The notes below the pieces were generated by a model that saw only the letters and a list, made by a program, of their open reading frames with translations, had not been told where the DNA came from and did no database searches. This document shows, piece by piece, positions 41,460-55,192 of a stretch of DNA of 64,000 nucleotides (within the stretch, counting starts at the first letter, position 1; each line of letters opens with the position of its first letter). A program made the position numbers and the translations under genes. This DNA comes from Octopus vulgaris (lineage: Eukaryota). Location: contig OX597827.1 of NCBI GenBank assembly GCA_951406725.2, forward strand, positions 57,040,001-57,104,000. Reading direction: 5' to 3'.

Positions 41460-41910
41460 CATCATTATTAGCGTTATGGAGTGAGAGAGTAGCGCACTCC
41501 CTCATAGTGACACTGGGGTAAAATAAACGAAGCTCAATATACCCATCATGACCACCCGTCTGATAAGAGTATACCAAGCACATGCATCACAACTATATGG
41601 CGATCTCATATCAAGATAAAAAGTGCATGACCTTGTAGGTGGGGCCCAGTTAGAATTTTCTTCAGGTCGAGCAGCCCATCCCACTCACAATGTCCCTGAA
41701 TAAGGGTTGTTTAAGGATGTTGAACGAAACACTCCTATTTCCAGAAGTGAATTATCCAAACCCCAAAGAATTCCTTTCAATACATGGCTATGATGCTCCC
41801 TCACTACTCCTGCCCGTGATCAGAAATGCACATATCGTCAGCCACTAAGAGACATGCTCAACTGATTAAGGTCAAGTAACTAACAAGCAAATTAGCAGTA
41901 TTGAGCAGAA
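41460..41910 (-). mobile_element. Interspersed retroelement 3' region (same family as 1-58)
   Basis: Shared terminal sequence TATTTTACCCCAGTG. Confidence 0.5.
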
Positions 41911-41950
41911 TATTCATCATCATCATAATCATTATCATCATCATCACCAC

Positions 41951-42013
<63 letters not shown>

Positions 42014-42022
42014 TATTATTAT

Positions 42023-42074
<52 letters not shown>

Positions 42075-43285
42075 TTTAAAAGGATTGATGTAACTCTTCA
42101 CAAAGGTAAATTGTCAAGACGAAGAGTGCGAGTCGATTGTAATAGATATTTTATTGGTTGAACGATATTTCGACAGTAAGTCTGTCTTTGTCAAGTTCAA
42201 AATAATAGGTGATAAATATTTCAAAATTATAGAAATTTAAATTCAATGTATGAATGAGAGCAACCAGCGTACACACGTTGATGGAATGACATCATCAGTC
42301 TTAAAGTTTCAACTTTATAACAAGCGAAAAGAAAAAAGACAGAAAATAAGAGGTAAGAAAAATGAAAGGGAAAAAGAATATTTAATCAAACAGTTTTCAA
42401 TAAATTTGATGATATTCTCCTGTCATTTTATTCATTCCTCCAGGGCGTGATGTTAATAACCCACAAACATATTTCTCCTCATGCATTCTGAGAAGTGAAA
42501 GTAAAGCAGATTCAGAATATTTTCTCAGAATATGTACTCCAAAGCTTTCTGTCAAAATTGCAGCCGTTGGAAACGAAATCTTCGGCAAGTTCTGTCGAAC
42601 TGCTGTTATTGTGCCTGGAGTCGAATCTGTGCCCATTAAACCTTTTGTTTAATTGTTCTGTTGTACAACCAACATAAATCAAGTTGTGTTTTGTGCATTC
42701 TGCAGCGTACCCCAAATGGGAATCTCAACATATCCCACCTTCTGTATAAATCACAACATTTCTGTTATGATTCCTAATGGAATTCACTTAACTCATGTTG
42801 TTGCACAATGAACAGAGCTTACCTCTCTTACGGCTGTTTTTCAAGGTACAGCGTGCAGATACTCCAATGTTCGTTTCCTGGGAGTCGGAAATAGTGGTCA
42901 ATAATTCTCTTATATTCTTATTCCGTCTAAAGGCTACAATAGGCGGCTGATGAAATATCCGTTTGAAACGAGGATATCTTTTCGCCACATACTGATAACT
43001 TTCATGTAACAATTTTGAAATGCCAGTGAAATTTCGATGCCAGTTAATCACTAAAGGAATTCTGTCATCTACTGTACTGTGTCTGCTAGAATTATGCGTG
43101 AAGGTTTGACTATCTTTGCTAATCTTAGCTATTTCATTTGCAGTTTCCTTTAATCGTGATTCACTGTAACTGCGTTTGACATAATGATGTACAAAAGCAT
43201 TTGCATGTTTCCAGTAATCCTCTATGTCAGTACAAATCTGTTTTATCCTAAAAAATTTGGATTTTGGATTTGACCGAATAATATA
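42075..43285 (-). mobile_element. Penelope-like element 3' part (RT thumb, Cys linker, GIY-YIG), Neptune-like, pseudogenised
   Basis: RIKQIC..RIPLVINWH..PPIVAFRRNKNIRELL..CSLC; GYAAECTKHNLIYVGCT..LNKRFNGH..EEKYV..PGGMN. Confidence 0.85.
42158..42200 (-). ncRNA. Minimal hammerhead-like ribozyme, U3-A8 variant, in PLE 3' UTR
   Basis: TTGAAC-TTGACAA-A-GACAG(actta)CTGTC-GAA[ATAT]C-GTTCAA. Confidence 0.65.
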
Positions 43286-44050
43286 TATTTCTTTACTACC
43301 CACAAGGGGCTAAACACAGAGGGGACAAACAAGGACAGACAAAGGGATTTAGTCGATTACATAGACCCCAGTGCGTAACTGGTACTTAATTTATCGACCC
43401 CGAAAGGATGAAAGGCAAAGTCGACCTCGGCGGAATTTGAACTCGGAACGTAACGGCAGACGAAATACGGCTTCGCATTTCGCCCGGCGTGCTATCGTTT
43501 CTGCCAGTTCGAATAATATAGTGTGGATGATCGGAGCGGTGGCGGAAATAAATGTAGGATGACGTGGGCTTGCAAAATAACTCTGTCACTATTCTGCCAA
43601 ATAACCCTTGTACACTGGTTATGACTTGCTGCTTGCGTTGTAAAAAAAACCTGTTTGAAATGGAGATGATGATGACGACGATGATGATGGTGAGGATGAT
43701 GATGATGATGATGATGATGATAGTTTCAAACTTTGGTACTGGGCGGGCCAGTTGTTTATGAGGGGAGAAGGAAGTCGATTACATCCTCTCCAATGATTGA
43801 CCCTTATATTAACTGCCCTGAAAGAATGAAGAGAAAAGTCAACCTCAACAGAATTTGAACCCAAACCCTAAAGCCGGAAGAAATGCTACAAAGCATCTTG
43901 TCCGTCGGGTTAAAATTCTGCCGACTCGCCGTCCTAATAATGATAATAATAATAATAATAATAATAACGTGAACTTCCAACCTGTTGTCTCTTGATGTCT
44001 TCGGGTGAGACTTGGAGCCAACTTGTACAAATATAAAGCAAAAGTCAAAC

Positions 44051-44108
<58 letters not shown>

Positions 44109-44940
44109 TTCTGTTGGTCACCATGAACAACACCAAAGGACAAAATACAACAGGTGCGTTTTATATCGATCAAAAGGAAATAATAATCTTTTCTTTATTA
44201 GCCCAAAGGGTCCGGAGAGACACACAAATAAAAAGCAATGAAGCTTTCATTAATGATTACGGAGAATGAAAAGAAACAAAAAGGGAATCATGAATGACAA
44301 GTTTGCAAATCAAAAAAATGAAGAGAGCGATAGACGCTACACAATATATGGAAGGACGTATTAAGATTTTAAAAGTACGTATATTTACGCTCCACAGCTC
44401 TGGCATTCTAATACTCTTCAGAAAGTCCCTGATACACCAGCTGCGCAGTTTTGTCTATAAATTTGTTTTCCTTGATTTTCTAAGAACGGTGTATGTAAGT
44501 ACTTCGTCCCCTTGATATTCGTTATTTTTCTGCGGAGAAGAAATCGTTCCTCTTTACCCCCTTTTCCTTGTTTTATTTTTTGAGTCATCTTTCTTCCAAA
44601 TTTTTTTTTTTGTTTTTTTTTCGTTGATTTTCAAGTTTTCACTGACAGGAAGTAGCTTTTTATCTGCAACTTTTATTTCTTCTTCACCATACGATAATAC
44701 TGTTGTTCTGCTTGTTGCAGGAACGGGTTAAGACCTATAGATGCCCTAAGGATTTAACAGATTTTGGTACACCGATATATATGTAATTCAAAATATAAGT
44801 TATAATAAACCATAGAATAATTTTTTTATTTTTCAAAATGAAGCAAAACTAACAGTAAGATGGAAAATAATGTATATCTGTAGACTTCCATTTTATTTAT
44901 ATTTGAAAAGTTTATTCCATTTTTTTTATTTACTTAAAAA

Positions 44941-44977
<37 letters not shown>

Positions 44978-44979
<2 letters not shown>

Positions 44980-45366
44980 TGGCTGTGTGGTAAGTAGCTT
45001 GCTTACCAACCACATGGTTCCGGGTTCAGTCCCACTGCGTGACACCTTGGGCAAGTGTCTTCTGCTATAGCCTCGTGAGTGGATTTGGTAGACGGAAACT
45101 GAAAGAAACCTGTTGGATATATGTATATATATATATATGTGTATGTGTGTGTATATTTGTGTGTCTGTGTTTGTCCCCCTAGCATTGCTTGACAACCGAT
45201 GCTGGTGTGTTTATGTCCCCGTCACTTAGCGGTTCGGCAAAAAGAGACCGATAGAATAAGTACTGGGCTTACAAAGAATAAGTCCCGGGGTCGAGTTGCT
45301 CGATTAAAGGCGGTGCTCCAGCATGGCCGCAGTCAAATGACTGAAACAAGTAAAAGAGTAAAAGAG

Positions 45367-45367
<1 letters not shown>
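44978..45367 (+). mobile_element. SINE family A
   Basis: Consensus match with small internal deletion. Confidence 0.85.
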
Positions 45368-45409
<42 letters not shown>

Positions 45410-45414
<5 letters not shown>

Positions 45415-45895
45415 TAAAAAACATATGCATATATATATATACATATATGTACGTACTTACCTCTACATGTATATATACACGCGCATATATGAGTACAGGA
45501 CACCAAAAAAATGTCGAACACAATGAGAAACGAAAACATAGACACAAACCCAAGGAACTGGACATTTTTTTTAAACAACAAAAAAATAGAGTACGTTTCG
45601 AAACGTAGAGTAGATGAAACCATGGCGACTGAAGAAGGGGTTTTTTCCTTGTGTTATTTGTCCTGTACTCTGTTTTTTTGTTGTTTAAAAAAAATGTCCA
45701 GTTCCTTGGGTTTGTGTCTATGTTTTCGTTTCTCATTGTGTTCGACGTTTTTTTGGTGTCCTGTACTCATATATGCGTGTATATATACATGTAGAGGTAG
45801 GTACTTACACATATGTATATATATATGCACATGTTTTATTTATTAATATATTATATGACGGAACGCACGCATCCCTTTCTAAGTAAGATTGTTCT
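45410..45895. mobile_element. PLE-like fold-back insertion in (TA)n
   Basis: ~185-bp inverted arms 45410-45594 / 45665-45848, 70-bp spacer, ~48-bp unpaired tail. Confidence 0.75.
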
Positions 45896-45986
45896 ATATA
45901 TATATATATATGAACATATACGTTCTTTACAAGTTTCAGCTTGCGAGCTGTCACCATGCTGGGACACCACCGCTATATATAATATA

Positions 45987-46499
45987 CTAGCAGTATCGCC
46001 CGGCGTTGCTCGGGTTTGTAAGGGAAATAACTATATAAGCATTTTTAGAGAGTTACTTCCCTTATAGATGCCAATTCGGGCTTTCTTAGCCATTTCTGTT
46101 TTGGTGTCTTCAAGCCATGAAGTCGTTGTTCTAAAAGAACGCTGGTCTCCTTGACAACGCTTTACGACGTTGATTTCCTTACACTCCCTTCCCCACAGCT
46201 TCACGAGGGAGGAAAGAAGGGAGAGAAGCAAACAGGTGCAGGTGTGACCATGGACGCCAACTCCGCCGCCATCGACACACGAAAAATTATGCATTAAAAT
46301 GGAATAAAAAATGATGTTAAATTATTTTTAAAATCGTAGACTCATCGTAGACGCGCGCTAATACTCAGACGGGCTCGATATGAATCACGACTATAAGATA
46401 CCCGAATTTGGTTAAACTGCACCGCAAAATGTGGGACTAGTTAGGAATCTAAATCGAAGGGGACAGACATTCACACAACTACAGTTTTATATATATAGA
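45987..46499 (-). mobile_element. Non-autonomous Helitron
   Basis: Reverse TC start and hairpin/CTAG end; termini shared with 16497-16893. Confidence 0.85.
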
Positions 46500-46699
46500 T
46501 ATAATTAATATAAGCAGCAGTTTGCAATGTTTCACCAGAAAGGAGAATTATAATTGTTTCTGATTGTGAGTAAGGTGTTAGAAACATCTACATTGCTAGA
46601 AATAAGAGCCAAAATGCTCTAATGCTGTAGTCAACGCACATTAATCTAACAATATACACTAACAGGGCCCTTAATCGTTCGAAAAATGCCGACGGGAAT

Positions 46700-46754
<55 letters not shown>

Positions 46755-47020
46755 TGTATATAAGCATATACATATGTACACACCAACACACACACACGAT
46801 CATACACATACACATACTCACACACGCACACACACACACACATATTTATTTGTAGTAACGAACAATATAACATGCACTTAGTACTGGACATAGAAATTGG
46901 TTAATTTTATTCGGTTAGCTGAAACTAAGCCTTTAACACTAAAAGCTTCACTCAACACGAGCATTAACACCTGCTTCTTTGGCCAACCATTTTATAATGC
47001 CCGTCTGTCTGTCTGTCTGT

Positions 47021-47062
<42 letters not shown>

Positions 47063-47074
47063 GTCTGTCTATCT

Positions 47075-47250
47075 TTTTTTTTTGCTCCCCCCCTTTTTAA
47101 CCCCTCCCTTTTTTTGTCCTCTTTCTTTCCTTTTACGATCCCTTTTGATCGAAAACCACCACTCCCTTTTTTTACCCCCAAAAGAAAAGCTCTACCTTGT
47201 AATTTGTTCTATCTGTGTGCAGCCCTGTGTGGCTAATAAAGAAACATATC
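47075..47250 (+). mobile_element. LINE 3' UTR inserted in (TATC)n
   Basis: Pyrimidine-rich tract ending GCAGCCCTGTGTGGCTAATAAAGAAACA, flanked by (TATC)n. Confidence 0.5.
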
Positions 47251-47257
47251 TATCTGT

Positions 47258-47396
<139 letters not shown>

Positions 47397-48440
47397 CCAG
47401 TTTGTATGTATATATGTATGTATGTATGTATATATGTATGTATGTATGTGACTGTATATGTGAATGAGTTTGTTTTTAACTACGTTAGTATGTGTACATG
47501 AGCCTATATAGATGTTGTTTTGCTAGAAATAGAGAATACAATTATAAACATTCTGTACAAAAATAGGCATGATTTAAATGTTCGCTTAAATGGCAATGAT
47601 GGAGGTGGTGAAAATATGTGTTATCATACATTCTATCGTGAATATTTTTACTATTCAATTTATCGTCCTATTTCTACGTGAAGGGAATTTGAAGTCTCAT
47701 TAGATCAGTATCACAGCTATTATTATATTATTAAATAAAGAAATCATTATTGTCAATGTTATTTATTTTTAGTTGTTATTTTAAAGTATTTTACTTCTTT
47801 CAAATTTTATGTTTCAGTTTGAAATACGCCTTTCTATTGCACATAAAGCAAGCAATATGGGTGAAAATTAAACACAAACATACACTTATACAACTTGTAT
47901 GCACACAACGCAGACGTATTCACATGCTCGTTCGTACACTGCGTGTAGTTTGAAAGAGATTTTTAAATTTGCGACCAGACTAACAACCACAGTGATGACA
48001 AATAACTACAACAATAATCTCAACAACAAAAGCTACAACAATATGTGCCACTGTAAACGATAACAATAGGAAGAACAACAGAGGCAATAATAACACAGGT
48101 TCCAAAGCCATTTCGGACTACCGATTTTTCCTAACCAAAGGTGGGTACACTCTAAAATAAACAAATATTGAATTTACTTAAATAATAAAATGAAGTACAG
48201 GTACCGGTACATTCTCTTTTAGCTTTCTTTTATGCTTCAGACATTAGGCTGCGGCCATGCTGGGGCACCGCCTTGAAGAATTTGTAGTTGAATGAATCGC
48301 CGCAGTACTTTGTTTTCCAACCACATGGTTCCGGGTTCAGTCCCACTGTGTAGCACCTTGAACAATGGTCTTCTACTATAGCCTTTGACCGACCAAAGCC
48401 TTGTGAGTGGATTTGATACACGGAAACTAAAAGAAGCCTG

Positions 48441-48547
<107 letters not shown>

Positions 48548-50586
48548 TGCGTGTATGTATGTACGTATGTATGTATCTATCTATTGGTGTGTGTCTATAT
48601 GTATGAGTTTGTCTCGCATCACAAGTGGTGTTGGTATGTTTACATCCTCGTAACTTAGCGGTTCGGCGATGAGACCAATAACATAAGTACCAGACTTTAA
48701 AAGAAAAAGAAAATGGACTGGGGTCGGTTCATTTGACTATAAATTCTTCAGTGGGACTGAATCCTGTGGTTGGGAAGCAGATTTCTTAACACACAGCCAC
48801 ACCTGTGCCTATTGTTATCTGCTATAAATGATACAAGTTTATTCATATTTCACTGTGCAAGTGACAAGTCTGTGCAAAGGCTCTAGTGATCTAGCCTTGC
48901 GGCTGCGGGGATGTAATGTTTCTGCGCATAAGTTACTGCGGATTATAAGAGACTCCGTCCCATTTCCGTGTCCGGAAAGTCGGTGCTGTACATGTATATT
49001 GATCGAAGACCACATATTTTGGGAAGAATATAAGTTGATAAGATCAATTACGGGATTATTTTACAGACCTCAGATGGATATAAAAACAAGAAAGGTCTAA
49101 TCGGGTTAGATCTGAATTGTGAACGACTTGAAGACAAAATGATTATAGTTTTAATTCTTGGCTAGAAAGAAGGATAGTATCCTTAATCATTTGTAAGGCT
49201 TTTGCTTTGAGTTTGGTAGAAATAATCGGGGAATGGAAAAAATGGATGAAAGGAGAAAGGGCGGATATATTCTGAAACCGAAGGCTAGGTCAGTTTCGAG
49301 GATACCTTCCAATAGGGTGAACTCTACTAAAGGTAGCCCAGGTGTCAGATTGATGCGTTATACAAGGCGACTGCTTAAGTCTACCACTCACAGTAGTCCC
49401 CGGCGGGATTTTAAATCAGAGAGCAAAGAGTCTGAGTAAATACCGAAAGGCATTAGATTCGACAAAGCAATGATTACGCCAGTCCACCGTTCTAGACTAG
49501 TATTTTCTTTATCGACCGAGGAAGGAATAAAAATAGAGTTAACTTTGGCATGATTTGAACTGAGAACGTCAGAAATCGGAAAAAATACTGCATGATATTT
49601 CATCTTATATTCTGACGACTCTAGTACTAAGCACCAATTTCTTTTGAGGAGGAGAGAGTCAATAGAAGCTTAAATCGACCCAAATATATTACTGGTACTC
49701 GGAAGAATGTAATAATATTGTTACGATAATATAACAAAGCACCGATTTCTTTTGAGGAGTCAACAGACTAATCAACAGGTCTAATCGACTGACCCCCCTC
49801 CCATAAAATTTCGGGCCTTGTGCCTAGAGTAGAAAAGAATATTTACATGATTGATCAATTTGAATAATGGTTAAAATGTCATAGTAAATACGTACATGAC
49901 CTCCGGCCAGGTTCGAACCACGATTTATTTCTAAATTAAGAGTAATAAAACTTTTATCTGCAAGGCCCACTGGCGAACGGGAAAAAACTATGGTACTCCC
50001 TCTACGGTACCACTTCAGCTTGCGGTTTACCTGCCCACTTACACTTCAGCAAGTAGTCTAACCCTAACTCAAATCCTAATCTTAACCATCTAATCCTAAA
50101 CCCTAACCCTTCCTAAAACAGATCTAGTAATTTTACTGTGTAGACTAAGAATACTGTGGTAGACTACGCTAATGTAACACCACCTTTAGTATATTTCTAT
50201 ATATCTATTAGTAACAGTAGCGATATTGTTGGACTTAGTGACTCTGTCACCAATGGTAGACATATCGCTTCATTGATTTTTCGATGTTCCTATTGTTCTC
50301 TACCAATTATGGTCATTTCACTTCGTAGCTGTGTATATATGTTTTCGTTACCCGTATCCGTATTGGTTCAGTTATTCTCCCGACTTTGACGTTCCTCCTC
50401 TCAGGGCAACTTTTTGATGTTTCTTTATTCCTAGCCTTCAGGGACCGTCCAGTCTCTGTGTTGCGAAACCTTTGTAAACGCATGGGATGTTATAGAGACA
50501 GATCATATATTCAAGGTCTCTTTTGGGTAGTTTAAAGCTTTACATACATGCATCTCTCTCTCCCCCTCTCTCTCTCTATCTGTTTG

Positions 50587-50627
<41 letters not shown>

Positions 50628-50716
50628 GTATGCATGGATATATATGTATGTATTCATGTATATATGTATGTTTATATATATATATATATGTACGTATATG
50701 TATGTATATGTATATA

Positions 50717-50751
<35 letters not shown>

Positions 50752-50786
50752 TACATATATACATATATAAATATATATTTACAGAC

Positions 50787-50853
<67 letters not shown>

Positions 50854-51694
50854 CGCACTCAAAGAAACTCTTCGAGAATCTAACAGATAATATTCTAAAA
50901 GACGAAAAAGAAAAGAAAAAAAAGCAACTCATGTCGTACTATATAAGGAAACACTTTAAGCCTCATATACGCAATACCTTCTTTACAGTTTTGGTATGTA
51001 ACGCTCCTAAGATCAGAGACGAAGCCTAAGGTAAAGTAATATCTGATTATTTATTTTTATAATTAGTTCATACAATGTTTCTATGCAAACTATGGAAATA
51101 TTCAATGTGTCTAAATATTCATTTTAATCTAAGGCAAACTCATGTGGACCTTCGTCATGACATCTATGCATCCATCTGTCGATGGCGCTAATAAATCTCA
51201 AAACCAATTGTAAAGTTATCACTCGTTTCTTGCTGAAACTTATTCGGAATTAATTTTTGAATTATCAATTAATAATTAATTTTTAATTTTTAATATAGAG
51301 TCAAGGGAGGGACTTGATTGAATCGACCTCACTCCCTATCAGTACGTGATTTCTAACTTATCCTGAGGACTTTGAAAGGACGAAAGATATAGTTGTCAGG
51401 GCATAGCCATAGTAAAGATGTAGCCATAGTATAGTCAGAGTATAGCAAGTATGTAGACGTAGTATAGTAAGAAGAGTATGACAATGGTATCCAGGGTGTA
51501 GTGAAAATATAACCATAGTGTCTCCATAATATAGCCAGGATATTGCAATAATCCAATCACTGAAACCAGTAAGAAAAAGATTATGAGCCCAAGCATACAT
51601 AGTTGTAGGTATTTGATGGGGTAGATGTCTCATTGTATGAGTACGTGTCGCCTAGTATAATAGACACGTGCATTTACGAGTGCATATCATTGCA

Positions 51695-51741
51695 AAAACT
51701 GTTCGACGAACGGGAACGTGAAACTCAGAGTAACAAGTTTT
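51695..51741 (+). ncRNA. Hammerhead-like motif (core variant TCGACGA)
   Basis: AAAACTGT-TCGACGA-ACG(ggaa)CGT-GAAACTC-A-GAGTA-ACAAGTTTT. Confidence 0.5.
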
Positions 51742-51909
51742 GTTGAATTTTCTGCCGCTTTTAAATAAAGCATATTACTCTAGCATTGGTATTTGAGTAC
51801 TCTTTTTTCCACCTTGTTTCACATTTATGAGTTTATTCCGGTATATATATATGTATATATGTATATATGTACATATGTATATATGTATTTATATATGTAT
51901 ATATGTATG

Positions 51910-51968
<59 letters not shown>

Positions 51969-52026
51969 AAAAAATGAAGTTCGAAAATGCTGCTGTATTA
52001 TACAATTTTTAATTTTTATATATACA

Positions 52027-52067
52027 TTATAACATGTTTCAGTTCCTGAAATGAACCTTATCAAAAA
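52027..52067 (-). ncRNA. Minimal hammerhead-like motif, U3-A8 variant (weak stem I)
   Basis: TTGATAA-GGTTC(atttcag)GAACT-GAAA-CATG-TT. Confidence 0.4.
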
Positions 52068-52426
52068 AAGTTATATATAAAAAGAGACAGCTCATGCCGT
52101 CAAACACAAGAAATTCATTTATAATACACAACGGAGTCAGACATCTTAGAGTTCATGTATAGTTGATATATAGTTCATGTATAGTTGATATATAGTTTGA
52201 AGTATATTTCAAAGTGTTCGATGCAGTGGCCCACGGTGGCGATACGTATTCAATACAAAAAAACAGATCAAAGTGGTGGAAAGCGGTCAATACAGAAGAT
52301 TGATGTTTCCGAAAGAGCGAGGAATTCATTTTTACCTTAAGCAATTGTGATGATCCATGGTGGAAGTTCGCTGGGTGGTATATATACATACATATATGGG
52401 TGGTATATATACATACATATATATAC

Positions 52427-52457
<31 letters not shown>

Positions 52458-52480
52458 CATATATATACATATATATATAC

Positions 52481-52521
<41 letters not shown>

Positions 52522-53135
52522 TGTATATATATATGTATATATATGTATATATATATGTATATATATATATGTATATATATATGTATATATATATGTATAT
52601 ATATATGTATGTATATGTCTATGTATATATATATGTGTGTGTGTATATATATATATTGTTATATTTCGGAATGGTCATATTGCCAGTTTAGCCAATAAAA
52701 ACACACGCACTATATATTTGGTGTTATTTTGCTTCAGTGATATTTATTTTTTACATTAATCTTAATCTTATTTCGGCCAAAGTTCTTTCGTCACACTCCT
52801 GTGACCGCATCAGTGGTCCTTTGTTTTCTTCTCACTTACTTGTGTCTCTCCTTACTAACCGTCAGCCATTTTGTATTTCTATTGTATGTCTTCATTTGCG
52901 CATGCTTATATCTCTATGTGCGTCTATGTTTATTTAGTGTGTGTGTGTGGGGGATGCCTGTAATATTTGTATCTTCTGGTTATATACATTCTTGTAATTT
53001 GTATTTTGTTTTTGTTGTTGTTGCTTTTGTTCTAATTTTGTTCATGTGTTTACATCCACCCATTATTATCAGTACATATGCTTGTATGTATGTATAACAA
53101 CAATATTAGTAATAATAATAATAAATCTAATCGAA

Positions 53136-53171
<36 letters not shown>

Positions 53172-53295
53172 CATATATACACACATACATACACATATAC
53201 ATATATATATATATACACATATACATATATATAGTTATTCATTTCTATTTCTTTAATTATTTGTGTATTTATTATGTTTGCAGGATCCACTATCG

Positions 53296-53632
53296 TCATA
53301 TGTTGTGGTGTGTGCTATTGCTCCATTCTAGTTTTCTATTCAGGCTAGGTTTATTTTCTATTATATGTGTAGCTTCTGTAATTTGTCTAATTGTTGCATC
53401 TGTTCTATGTGTGGACAATATCTTAATCTCTATGTTATTGATTGATCCCCCGTGTTCTTGTTCGGCGTGTTGGTACAGAATCGATGAGCTTTTACCTTCC
53501 TTGAGTTGTCTCCAATGTTCATTCACCCGCTCTCCAATGCTTCTTGCTGTTTCCCCTACGTATGTTACTGTCTTGTTACTGCATCGTCCCTCTATACATC
53601 TTATACTATAGACCACATTTCTGGCTTTACAG
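53296..53632 (-). pseudogene. Inverted copy of the PLE GIY-YIG endonuclease domain (frame intact)
   Basis: CKARNVVYSIRC..YVGETARSIGERVNEH..HAEQEH..RQITEA..LNRKLEW. Confidence 0.85.
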
Positions 53633-54650
53633 AGTATTAAGGTCACAATAGACTACCCCACTAAACACCCCAACCATAGACTACCAGTACTAGACACTGA
53701 ACTCTGGCTAGAAATTGTGAAGAATAAAACCCAAATCCTTCATTCATACTATGCAAAACCTATGGCCTCAAAATACCTGATCCACCGGAACTCAGCCATT
53801 GCGGGCAATGCCAAATTCAATATTTTGATGGCAGACCTCGTCAGAATAATGAGAAATGTGTCACGCATGTGCGAGCCTGCAGAATTAAAGAGACACATAC
53901 AGTATTTCATTCACCGCATGCAGTTCTCAGGTTACAGCCATAAAGAAAGGATCAGAGTATACAAAGGAGTCATGAAGAAATTTGATAATATATTATGTAA
54001 TGATAGGAATGGGATTTGCCCACTCTATAGGAACAAGTCATGGAACACTATAGAAAGGACAAAAAAGAAAATAGGGAAGGCCAACTCTTGGTATGATAGC
54101 CATAAATACCAGAGTGTCATGTTCGTTGACACCACCCCTGGAGGTGAACTGGCGTACCGCTTTAGAAGGACCCTAGATAAACTTAAACTAAGAATTAAGG
54201 TTGTTGAAAAGCCGGCAACCCTATCAGATCTATAATTGGTAGAACCTATCCTTTTAGTAGAACTCTCTGTACGGATAACTATTGCACTGTATGTAGATTT
54301 AGCCCACAAACAAACTGTAAAGCCAGAAATGTGGTCTATAGTATAAGATGTATAGAGGGACGATGCAGTAACAAGACAGTAACATACGTAGGGGAAACAG
54401 CAAGAAGCATTGGAGAGCGGGTGAATGAACATTGGAGACAACTCAAGGAAGGTAAAAGCTCATCGATTCTGTACCAACACGCCGAACAAGAACACGGGGG
54501 ATCAATCAATAACATATGATTAAGATATTGTCCACACATAGAACAGATGCAACAATTAGACAAATTACAGAAGCTACACATATAATAGAAAATAAACCTA
54601 ACCTGAATAGAAAACTAGAATGGAGCAATAGCACACACCACAACATATGA
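53633..54650 (+). pseudogene. PLE RT C-terminus/thumb, CxxxxCxxC linker and GIY-YIG, with two frameshifts
   Basis: LPVLD..HSYYAKPMAS..RN.S..MQFSGY..PLYR..W..FVDTTPGGEL..KVVE; frameshifts near 54210 and 54517. Confidence 0.85.
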
Positions 54651-54770
54651 CGATAGTGGATCCTGCAAACATAATAAATACACAAATAATTAAAGAAATA
54701 GAAATGAATAACTATATATATGTATATGTGTATATATATATATATATGTATATGTGTATGTATGTGTGTA

Positions 54771-54818
<48 letters not shown>

Positions 54819-55098
54819 TAATATAATAATATAATAATATAATAATCCAGGTTTCTCGTAGCACTAGGCCACTTGGTGTGGAATAAATATACTATTAAAT
54901 TAGTATCTAATTCTCTCACCCTTATTAATTAATTATAATTATGCTGCATTTATTTCTAAATGCTGTTTTTGTTTTCCGTGAGAGTTTGGCGCGCTGTTGG
55001 TTGGGGCATTTGAATTATAACGTCGGATGTAATCAATTGAACCACACGCGTATTTATCGTTATGGTAAAATCTGGCGTGTGATTGAGTGGATTTCATC

Positions 55099-55192
55099 CA
55101 GATAGTCTTGGCTGACGAGCTACAAATGGATTATTGTAAGTAATATTACATTTAATTCATTAATAGCGAAACAATTGTCCCAAAATAATCTG
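55099..55192 (+). ncRNA. Type I hammerhead ribozyme, copy 1 (predicted cleavage after 55179)
   Basis: TTGG-CTGACGA-GCTA...TAGC-GAAAC-AATT-GTC-CCAA; distal CAGAT/ATCTG stem I extension. Confidence 0.88.

Noticed and set aside
41460-41910. Possible rRNA fragment
   Set aside because: No recognisable rRNA motifs; shares its end with a tailed interspersed repeat
48830-49450. Higher-complexity segment, possible LINE 5' part or exon
   Set aside because: No recognisable motif or splice-consistent frame
50058-50115. Telomeric repeat
   Set aside because: Short, degenerate interstitial CCCTAA-like run
53633-54660. Selenocysteine recoding as reported for some Naiad elements
   Set aside because: No in-frame TGA at Cys positions in the visible part and no convincing SECIS
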